The position numbers were made by a program, and so were the translations under genes. A stretch of DNA of 64,000 nt, from the NCBI GenBank assembly GCA_951406725.2, contig OX597821.1, positions 45,880,001-45,944,000 of the forward strand, written 5' to 3'. Below, piece after piece: positions 45,885 to 56,983 of the stretch; the stretch's first letter is position 1; every line of letters starts with the position of its first letter. This DNA is from Octopus vulgaris. Its lineage: Eukaryota. The notes under the pieces are model-generated. The model was not told where the DNA came from and searched no databases. It saw nothing but the letters and a program-made list of their open reading frames with translations.

Positions 45885-46706
45885 GGCGGTACACGATTGC
45901 ATGTACAGTGAGTTAGCAGTGACCTTCATGTGACAGTGTGCCGAGTTACGATGCTGGGTTTACTCTGCATGTTGTGGAATTTTTGATTTTGTGATCATGG
46001 AGAGGCAGTTGGAACAAAGAGTCAACGTGAAATTTTGCTTTAAACTTGAGAAATCTGCTATAGAGAAATTGAGAATGCTTACGGCAATGAGGCAATGGCG
46101 CGTACGCAATGTTTCGAGCGGCATGGGTGCTTCAGAAAGCACGATAGCACCGCAGCTCAATCAAGACCATGCTCAACGTTTTCTTTCGACATGTGCAGTA
46201 TTGTACACCGAAAATTCGTCCCCCAGGGCCAGACCGTCAGTCGAGAATTTTATCGCGACGTTTTATAGCGTTTGAGGGAGGACATTTGGCGAGAGCGACC
46301 GGATCTGTGGAGTGCGAAGAATTGGATTCTTCACGATGACAGTTTATCATACTACCGAGCTCTCCTCATTGGTGAGAGTCTCGCCAAAAACAACATGGCA
46401 TCGCTTCCGCACCCACCCTATTCGCCAGATTTAGCATCTGCGCGCTTCTATTTCTTACCCAACATGAAAATGTAGCTCAAAGGTCACCGCTTTACACCGT
46501 TGTCGAGATTAAGGGCGAATCGTGGAAGGTCTTTGACTGGCTGACAGAAAACAACTTCAAGGCCGGATTCCAAAAGTGGCAGGAACGCTGGGAGCGGTGT
46601 ACTGGTGGCAAGGTGATTATCTCGAAAGAGATGATGTTAAAATTTAGGTAAATAAGTTATTTTTTATCAAACATAGCTAGTCCGGGAACTTTTTGATACC
46701 ACCTCG
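45885..46706 (+). mobile_element. Mariner transposon remnant (5' TIR missing, internal deletion)
   Basis: Contains EQRVNVKFCFKLEKSA and WILHDD...LPHPPYSPDLA (mariner YSPDL motif). The 3' TIR is gaactttttgataccacctcg followed by TA. Confidence 0.88.
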
Positions 46707-46750
46707 TATATGTGCGTGTGTCTGCGCGTGTACGTGTGTGTGTGCATGCG

Positions 46751-46788
<38 letters not shown>

Positions 46789-46882
46789 TTAACAATAACA
46801 AAGGGTAAAATTAATTAATAATTAATAATTTTACCAAGTAGTTCGGTATGTTAAAAGAACCATTATCGGTAAACTTACACAA

Positions 46883-47032
46883 AATTTCTATAATTAGGAG
46901 TATAATTATAATTAGGGTTCAACAAAATTTACTTCATAGTAGTAGTTTAACTGGTATTTCTAAATTTCGATATGTGGTGAAGCAAATTTTGCTGAACCTT
47001 AAATTATAATTATACTCATAATTATAGAATTT
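46883..47032. repeat. Fold-back repeat
   Basis: ttctataattaggagtataattataattagggttcaacaaaattt / aaattttgctgaaccttaaattataattatactcataattatagaa. Confidence 0.7.
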
Positions 47033-47081
<49 letters not shown>

Positions 47082-47717
47082 AGGGGTTTCAGTTTTCACT
47101 GCAAAAACCTCTCACAAGGCAAGAAGCTATAGTAGAATATGCCTACCCGATGTGTCACGCAGTGGGAATGAGCGCCAAATTAACCAAATTAACAAAGGAA
47201 GAGTACTTATCAACATGATGTATATATATATATACACACATATATATGTATATATATATATACACACACATACACGCATGTGTGTATGTATGTATGTATG
47301 TATGTATGTATGTATGTATGTGTGTATGTATGGAGGTATGTATGTATGCACGTATGCATGTATATTACATATGTGTGTACATATGTGTGCGTTTGTGTCT
47401 GGCAAAAGGTATTGATTTATTTACGTCCCCGTAACTTAGCGATTCCGCCAAAAAAGTCCGATAGTATGAATACTAGGCTTAAAAAATTAAAGACAATGGT
47501 CGACTTGTTCGACAAAACCCTTCAAGGCGGCACCCCGGCTTAGCCGCAGTCAAATGACAGAAACAAGTGAGAGAAAATTAATAGAAATATATGTATGGAA
47601 TTAAAATATAGTTAGTACCGGTAAGAAAACAAACTAAAAAATGTGCTGTACGATGTTCTCTTATCTATTATATTTCACTTATAAGAACCCTCGTTTACTC
47701 TCACCATCTCAGAAATA

Positions 47718-48908
47718 TTCTGTTTGCCAAAATGTCCGTTCGCTTTTTGTCAACAGTAAACTTCATGCACTCTAATAGGAAGCTACCTTTAGCTTGTTCC
47801 TTGCGCAATCGCAGTCGTTAGATATTTGACACTTTCAAGTAGTTCGACGCTACAGATTGCTTTCATGTGCTTAGAATCACCCTGAGAAAGGAGAACCAAA
47901 ACAAATATTATCAACACCTCAGGCATTTTATTTCTAAAATGGCAAGAAAGCGGTGGAAACATTCAAGTATATACAGAGAGGATGCTGTTACAGAATGTGT
48001 GTGCCAAAAATGGGTTTCAAGATTTCACTGGGGAAATTTTTCAGTTCAAGATGCACCTTGCTCTGACAGGACAAGAAAGATTAACAACGGCAAAATGAGG
48101 ATCTTAATCGAGACCAACCCCAGTTATTCGACCAAGATGATCGCAAATACTCTGCAAATATACAAAAAGCGACTGTTGAAAGCCATCTGCACCAACTAGA
48201 TTAGGTCAGCAGGCTCGATATTCGTGTTCTACATCAATTGAATGAGGCTAACCTCATTTGCAGAAACGTGAGGAAGACGATCCTTTTTTGAAGAGGATAG
48301 GAACAGGAAAAAAAGGGATCGTCCATAACAATGTGAAGTGCAAACAATCATGGAGAAGGTGCGGCGTGTAAGCACAAACAGCCTCCAAAGACTTCATCTG
48401 AAGAAGGTTATACTTTCTCTTTGGTGGGATTGGAAGGGTGTTGTTTTTTATGAGCTTCTCACTGACAGGACCATCAATTTGGATGTGTACTGTGACCAAC
48501 TGGCCAAATTAAACGCGGTAATCCACCAGAGAGTCCAGGACTTGCTAGTCGTAAGAGTATCGTCTTTAGCACAACAATGCCAGATCACACACTTGTTTGC
48601 AGACGCGGCAGAAGTTCCTAGAGCTTTGCTGGGAAGTTCTATCTTCATACTCGCCCGGCTCTATACCATCAGAGTCTGCCTGTTTCGGTCGCTTCAGAAT
48701 TTGTTGATAGGACAGAGCTTCAACTCTGAAGAAGATGTAAGTATTATAAAAAGGAAATTCTTTGAGCTGGAAATAATGGATCTACTCACAAGATGGCAGA
48801 AAATGCAGGAACGAAACGATAATTGAATCATTTATCGAATACATCGTTTTGTGATAAAAATTTGTCTTTTATTTTTGCTTAAAAAATCGAACTTTTTGGC
48901 GAACCCAA
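47718..48908 (+). mobile_element. Mariner transposon, near full length, pseudogenised
   Basis: Contains YREDAVTECVCQKWVSRFHWGNFSVQDAPCSDR (GRP-like motif), KKVILSLWWDWKGVVFYELL and TINLDVYCDQLAKL. Degenerate TIRs ttctgtttgccaaaatgtccg / cgaactttttggcgaacccaa with TA flanks. Confidence 0.88.
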
Positions 48909-49511
48909 TACAAGGAAACTGTGATCGGCCCCCTGGAAACATCCAACAATAATGCGATATGACACATTTAGCCTTACTATATTAGACTGTTTCACATGAC
49001 TATAGCGTATTTTATAGTATCATATTATATCTATAAAGGTATGTATATAAAATACCAGTATAATATTAGAGTAATTCTCGTGTCTTTTATGGCAACACAT
49101 TATATGTATAAAAACGTTTATAAATATATCAGTCATGTATTAGTGATTCACAAGACAGTAACGTCTTCTCTTGTTACACACTATATGTATAAAAACATGT
49201 TTACAATATACCCGTGCTATATTCAATATATCGGTACTGCATCAGGGTCATTCCCATTACTATATCGTTTTCTCTTGTAAGACATGTATAAATGCACATT
49301 TATAAATGCATCAGTATTATAGTATATGCATTTATATTAAAGGCATGTTTACAAAAAAAAAAACTTTTGTTGTAGCATAAAAATCAATGTAAATTTTCAT
49401 GTCTCACAAATTAAATTTATTGAATAGAGTCCATTAGTAAAATTACCACTTATTACGTCTTATTGTTTTAATTGCAATTACAATTAAGTTGTCTTTCTTT
49501 TCTACGCTTAG

Positions 49512-49592
49512 ATTGAAATTTATCACACAGATGAGCCTCTTGTTGACAATTACACATTAATAGACATCGCTTATATTTACATGTGGAAAAGG
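49512..49592 (+). CDS. BMI1: BMI1/PCGF4/Psc-like, RAWUL domain exon (81 nt)
   Basis: ctttcttttctacgcttag acceptor and gtaagt donor. Encodes [27 protein letters not shown] versus BMI1 [27 protein letters not shown]. Confidence 0.95.
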
Positions 49593-50056
49593 GTAAGTGA
49601 TTTTTCAGTGTTGTATTTATCTAGCAAGTCCCTTGATATGAGATCGTAATATAAAGCTGAAGCAATTACAACGTGGATAGGCTACACAAAATCTGTTACA
49701 TTCAGTTTCATTTATTTCTTGAGGTTTCAACATTTTCGTCGCTCTTCTATGACATGGTCACTGACATAACTCCACTACAAGCTGGTTAAATAATTCATTT
49801 AACTTAGAACAGTAGTATAAATGACCTGGTCACAGAAGTTTAATAAAAGATTTGATACTTCAAGAAATTAGCAAGAAGTGAATGCATCGAGTTTTGTATA
49901 ATTTTAAATAACTAAAATGCCTCTTTCAACAAATAAGTTTATTGTATTGCATTTTTACTTTCATTCTCGATTTCTCTGAATTATACTTAATTTACTATTC
50001 CTATAACTGTTATCCATTTATTCACAAATTATTTAATTTTTTTTTTCTATTACCAG

Positions 50057-53000
50057 AAAGGTCCACTTCGATTATTTTATTCAGTTTCATATGAACCAAT
50101 TAAGAAACGAAAAATAGAAATGGTAACAAATTTAAATGAAGAAGTGTCTGTTCCTGAATGCTGTAAAGGCATAGATGAAACCATTCACAAATCAGTCACA
50201 TTCGCTGAATTAAATCATGAAGAAGAAAATATTCAAAACAATACTTCAGAGACAATAAATCCTCCTAAGGGAGAATCAGTATCACCTCTACCATTGTTAC
50301 CTGCTTCTTCTCAATATTTACCGCAAACGATGCCAAAAATCCCAGAAGCAAATTCTTTAGAGACTGTGGTAAATGAATCAACTAAAAGTATATTGCCGAG
50401 CATAAATGAACACACCCAGCAGGATCTATCAGTGGAGATGCAACCAGACTCTACTAGAAACTGTGAACAGATAGTATCAGGGCATATTCCACAAGATTCT
50501 CCAAGACACATTGAACAGGATTCACTGGAACATCTTCAGCAAGATTTAGTTGAAGACATGCAAGAAGATTCACCTGAAAATGTGCCTCAGCATTCATGTG
50601 AACATGTGCAAGATCAGACACCAGAAGACATCCAGCAAGAATCTCCTGAAACTATCCAACGCGAGACTTCTGAACACATGCAAGAAGACTCTCCTGAACA
50701 GATCCAGCATGACTCCCTGGAACAGCCTCAACAAGATTCTTCTGAACACATCCGACAAAGCTCTCCTGAACATATCCAACAAAGCTCTCCTGAACACACC
50801 CAGCAAAACTCTCCAGAACACATTCATCAAGATACTCCTGAACACATCCAAGAAAACTCTCCTGAACACACCCAAGAAAACTCTCTTGAACACATCCAAC
50901 AAGATACACCTGAACACATCCAACAAGACACACCTGAACACATCCAACAAGACACTCCAGAACATATCCAAGAAAACGCTTCTAAACACATCCAACAAGA
51001 CACTCCTGAACACATCCAACAAAGCACTCCTGAACACATCCAACAGGACACTCCTGAACACATCCAAGAAGGAACTCCTGAACACATCCAGCAAGATTCT
51101 CCTGAACCGACTCAACCAGATTTACCTGGCCATATCCAACAAAACTCACCTGAACACATCCCACAAGTCTTAACTGAAGACGTCCAACCACATTTACCTG
51201 AACACATCCAGCAAAACTCTCCTGAACACATTCTACGAGAAAACTCCGAGCAAGAATTATCTGAAGACATTCAGCAAGGGATAACAGAACAAACCCAGCA
51301 AGAAATACAAGAAACCATGCAACAAAGCTCTCCTGAGTCTATACAGCAAGATACACGTAACAAGGTACAGCAAGACTCACTAGAACAGTCACCCAAAGAT
51401 TCCTTAGAGCACACGCAACAAGATTTACCAGATCACATACACGAAGATGCATCTAAACCTAACGTACAAGATTCTTCAGAACATATCCCAACAGTTTCCC
51501 CTGAACACGTCCATCAGATTCCCCATGGAGCAATCCAACACAACCCACTACAATCACAAGACACACCAAAAAGCATGCAACAAAATTCACCTGATACTAT
51601 TCATGAAAATTCTTTGGAGGCTGTTCACCAAGACTCACCTGTACCAATTCAACAAGATTCACCTGCGACAATTCAGCAAAACTTGCCTGTTCCCAAACAA
51701 ATTGACTCGTCTCAAGGTTTTCAGCAATGTGTACCTGAAACTGCTCAGCAAAAGACTGTTCAGCCCATTGAATCAAAACCTTCTCAGTATATAGAACCAG
51801 CGTCACCTTATACCAAAGAAAAGATGCAACAGGAATGTCCATTGCTCATGCAACAAAAGTCAGTACAACATATGAAGCTTTCTCCACGACAACATTTAGA
51901 ACAGGATTTACCTCAACACTTCGATGAAAAATCATACCAACATTTTCAACATGAATCACCTCATAAAATACAAGAAAATTCTCAACCGGTTCAACAATTA
52001 CTATGTCACAACATGCAGCAAAGATCGCCTCTAAAGGTGAAAAAAGAATCACCAAGACTTGTACAAGCAAAATCACCTCAGCATATTCAACAAATATCCT
52101 CCCATCATATGCAATTAGAGTCAGCTCATCATTTGCAATGGGACTCTCCACAAAGCTTGCCACGAGATTTACCACAACAGCTGCAAAGAGTATCACCAAA
52201 ACGTTTTGAGCAGACAACTTCTCGACACTTACAACAGTCATCCCCCAGAAATATACGGCAATCACCTCCAGGGCATTTACAACAAACTTCTCCAAGACAT
52301 GTTCAACAAATGTCTCCCAAACATGTACAACAATCATCACCCAGACACATACAACAGTCATCTCCTAGACATATGCAACAATCTTCACCAAAACACATGC
52401 AGTCATCTACTAGACATATAAAACAATCATCTCCCAGACATGTCCAGCAGACATCTCCCAGACATGTGCAACAGTCATCTCCAAGACATATGCACCAGTC
52501 ATCTACTAGATTCTTGCAGCAATCCTCAACATGTTTGCAGCAAGCATCTCCCAAGCACCAAGAACAGATATCTCCCAAGTTCTTACAGCATGCATCCCCC
52601 CAGCAACTACAGCCAGCATCCCCTCAACAATCTCCTATGCCATCACCCGACCAGAGTCCAGTCGCGTCACCTGATCAATTGTTTCTGCAACCAAATGATA
52701 AAATGCTTGTTCATTCATCTGAAAAATTGTCCATATCCTCCCCTGATCAGCTGTGTATGCCTTCCACACACCTATCACCAGTTCGATCCCCACACCTTTC
52801 ACCTTTGCCTGCTTCGCTTCCTACTCCGTTGCCGACTGTACAAGAACGAAACCAGGAGCATCAAAGCAGGGCATCTTCACGAAAGAACAGTAAACTCTCA
52901 AAACAATGCCATATAAATGAAACAATGCAAGTGACGCCAACGACTGTTCCTTTAACATCACACCAAACATCTACAAATCTAAAAAACCTATCTCTACCAC

Positions 53001-53857
53001 CACTGATGCCTCTTGTTTCAAAACCCTTGCCAAAGCCTACATTAATTCGAGTACCACCAGTTCATGTACCACAACCTCAGTTAGTGAAATCACAAAGAAC
53101 AGCTGAACAAAAACTAAAGCAACAATATCGATCAAGAATAGTGCAACCGACAGACCATCTTTGTGAACACCAGAAAAGTCTTTTGGAAAGACAAGAAGAA
53201 TTACAAAAAGAATATATGAAAACACAAGAAAAAGAACAAGTAATGGAACAGCTGCAACACCATCACCAGCAACATCAACACAATTTACATCAACATAAGC
53301 AGCAACGCAAGCAATCACATCAGAAACAACATTACCAGCAACACCAAGAACAAGAATTCAAACATAGGCAGCAATATATACACAACCAGCATCAACATCA
53401 ACACCAACATTGTCACATGATGAAGCAATCTTTACATCATGGAGAGAGGTGCCAACAACACTGTAAAGAGCAAATGAAATCGATGTCTTCAAATAGAAAT
53501 GGTTCACCTTATAAGTTCTATCCTGAGCAAACAGAACCACTTTCATTGAAAATTGAAGTTAAAGGCAAAGAATTCTGCAGTGGTCACAAAAGTAATGGCA
53601 AGGCGCCTAAATTATCTGAAAAAATTGTCCCTTCTTGCAACGTGAATGGCAGCAGATGTTGCATATCATGTAAAAATGAAACTCATTGTGTATCTAACAT
53701 GATGAATCCTTTATCAAATCATACTGTAACTAAATTCTTAGTTACAGGCCCAATCTATACTCCACTAAATTTAATAAATGGACAGATTGAAGATAGTGCG
53801 CCATTAAATCTGAAAAAAGAACCAGAAAAAACAACAAAACAGCCACAGCAGACATGA
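50057..53857 (+). CDS. BMI1: BMI1/PCGF4/Psc-like, terminal exon: end of RAWUL, NLS, and ~1250-aa repetitive low-complexity C-terminal region
   Basis: ttttttctattaccag acceptor. The first 21 codons [21 protein letters not shown] (BMI1 NGPLPLKYRVRPTCKRMKI) run in frame into the 1245-aa ORF at 50120. Stop TGA at 53855-53857. Confidence 0.93.
   Translation, partial: [1266 protein letters not shown]
50480..52680 (+). repeat. Coding 24-bp (8-aa) degenerate tandem repeat
   Basis: Unit cctgaacacatccaacaagacact (PEHIQQDT) is best preserved at about 50690-51240. Unit cccagacatgtccagcagacatct (PRHVQQTS) is best preserved at about 52210-52620. Confidence 0.9.
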
Positions 53858-54015
53858 ATCATGTCCTAATCGACGTGAAACTGAATATTCCTATACATGC
53901 ATGCATGCATGTATGCATGTATGTATGTATGTATGTATGGATGTATGTATGCATAGATGGATGGATGGATGGATGTATATATGTACGTGTAAATATGTAT
54001 GTGTGTGTATGTGTG

Positions 54016-54094
<79 letters not shown>

Positions 54095-54644
54095 CGAGAG
54101 AGAGTAAGAGAGCGAGCGACAGAGTGAGAAAAAAGAATAGAAAGTGGGGAAAGTCTGGAAACTTTATGCTAACATTTGATGCAGTTTCACCACATTACAA
54201 TGTGCGTTTACTTACATTCAACAATACATATATGTTTATATATATAGATAATGCACACAAACAAACATACACATACGCATCAGCGCACACGTGCATAATA
54301 CATAAACATGCACACACACACACACATAAACATATGTATATATTTGTACATGAACATTTGTAAATGCTAATGTCTACTGGAGTTTCGTACATACAAAAAT
54401 CGAGTCTAATCATTTGGTATTTGCCATGACTTTGAGCCACATGCAGCCCGGTCGGTAGGTCCTTATAGGTCGTTAGTGAGCTTGGTTTCTCATCGATTAA
54501 CAATGACCTGCCTTTCAAGTCACCCATGCTGAGCTGCACGATTTATCTTGTGTCCACAAAGCTCTTAGTAACCGTTCATCTACAAATATATACTCTACAT
54601 AATATCCTGGATACTATTTTCTGTCTTCGGGCACATAAATGTGT

Positions 54645-54695
<51 letters not shown>

Positions 54696-54717
54696 CAGAT
54701 GTCCACATATATGTATA

Positions 54718-54824
<107 letters not shown>

Positions 54825-54921
54825 TTGTGTGTATATACATATATACATACATATTTATATACATATATATACATACATATATACTTATATACATGCGTGT
54901 ATATATATATATATTTATATT

Positions 54922-54957
<36 letters not shown>

Positions 54958-56582
54958 TATGCATATATGTATATATATATATATGTATATATATACATTC
55001 ATATACACACATATGTGCACGCACACACACGCACACACGCAGACACACATAATACAATAGTAATACGTGCATATTTAATGCAATCATAGATAATCACATA
55101 CACGAACACATTTGAGAAAGATGCCTATATATCCTAATGTAAAATGTATAATACATATGTATAGAAACATGACCTAATTGCAATGTAGATATTCACTGAT
55201 CAGGCCAAAGTTAGTGGAAACACTTAACGACATATTTGTACAATTGTGTATGCTTGAAAACTATCACCAGTTAAATACTGCTGAAGTTTTGTAAAAGATC
55301 CAAACATTTTTATGTTAATCAATTTCAAATATTAAATGTAAATAAATGATATTACTAGTTGTCCTTGAAGGACTACATACGCGACTGGTTAATTGGTAGC
55401 TAACCAGCCAATTTTTGAAATAATGTTATGCCAAACGTATGTCGTACACAGAAAATATCGTGGCTGAATAAAGGGTTTGATCAATTTTTATTTGTTATTA
55501 TACATTTCTTTATAAAATTTCCTTGCTTGAGAAATTATTTTTCGAAAGCGTGCTGATACTGTCATGTTCATTTATGTCTAAGCGAATATGTAAACCTCAC
55601 AAACTTACAATCTTAATATTTAAACCTTATATTAATTTTTTTTTAATATTTTAATATTTAAATCTTATTTTTCATTATATAATTACTAAGAGTTATGTTA
55701 GAAAAAAATTTAACATAAGACTTCTGTGACTTGATAAATCGATAGCTGTGATATACTTAATGAAAAAACAACAGTGTACTAAATGTCATGACTTTTTGTT
55801 ATTGCTTTAATCCATTTATCAAATCATCTAACCGCTGGATAAAGCCCTTCCATCTTATTTCCCCAGATCTGGTTTGTTTGGGCTGTCCAATCTCCAATTA
55901 TTTTCAATTCTCTTTAATTTGGTCTCTCACATTTTTTTTTTGTGGTCGTTCTCTGTTCCTTTCGTAATTGTGTAAATGTTGAAGAGTACAGAAAAATGGT
56001 GAATTCCTTTTACTAGCAGTACCTGAAATCAAACTTGACATGCGAAATAAAATTGACTTCTATAGGGCTCCAGTAATACTGCCTGAATGTTTTGAATATT
56101 TTCCTATTGAGTAAATGAAAATATCTTGCCTAAAGGCATTAGTAAACTACCATTTATTTTGATGACATTTATTATAAGATAGGACTTGGCAAATTAACAA
56201 TTTAATTACCTTCTTATAAGCAAATATTTATATATATATATAACGAAATAGTGGTACCTTTTTTGGCCACAAAAAGCTTCATCTTCAACTAGTTAACCCC
56301 TTCTCTCGCATTAAATGCACCTAAAGTAAGATCGTACTCAGATAAAGTTTCCATGTAATCAGTAAAATACTTTGAAAGCACGGGGGTAAATGTTTTATTG
56401 CTTTCAGAGTGACAGACGATTTTGTAATTATTTTCTCCGAATGTTCTTCTCTGAGCTCTTTTGCTCCAGGAAATGTTCCCATTTGGAAGGAAACCTGATA
56501 GCGTTCAATCCCACAAAGCGTGTTTACATATTATTATAAATGTCTCTCTCTCCTCTCTCTCTCTCTCTTATTTTCAATCTCT

Positions 56583-56637
<55 letters not shown>

Positions 56638-56835
56638 TCTCAGTACACACACACACATATGTATGTGTAAGCAGTATTGTCAGAGATGTAAAGTACTATA
56701 ACAAATCCATTTTACAGGTTGCAAATATCGTATATAGAACTCAACATGTTCTGTAGAGTGGATGAAGATATTTATTATAACAAAAGTTGAGAGTCAGCAT
56801 TGATTTTCGATATTATATAATATACATACATACAT

Positions 56836-56944
56836 GGGTTCAGTTCCACTGTGTGGCACCTTAGGCAAATATCTTCTACTATAGACATGTGCCGACCAAG
56901 GTTTCGTAGGCGGAAATTGAAAGAAGCCTATCGTATATATATAA

Positions 56945-56983
<39 letters not shown>

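Noticed and set aside
50120-50122. ATG at 50120 as the start of a single-exon gene
   Set aside because: The frame is open from the acceptor at 50057 and continues the BMI1-like sequence, so this is an internal Met.
50690-51240. CRISPR-like regular repeat
   Set aside because: The 24-bp units are contiguous with no unique spacers, lie in a coding frame, and the context is eukaryotic.
50311-53546. Antisense and alternative-frame ORFs overlapping the long exon (e.g. 50594-51115, 50550-51173)
   Set aside because: They are shadows of the 24-bp coding repeat. The main frame is anchored by splicing to RAWUL exons.
55341-55346. AATAAA as the PCGF polyadenylation signal
   Set aside because: Several AATAAA hexamers occur in this AT-rich region and none can be chosen without 3'-end data.
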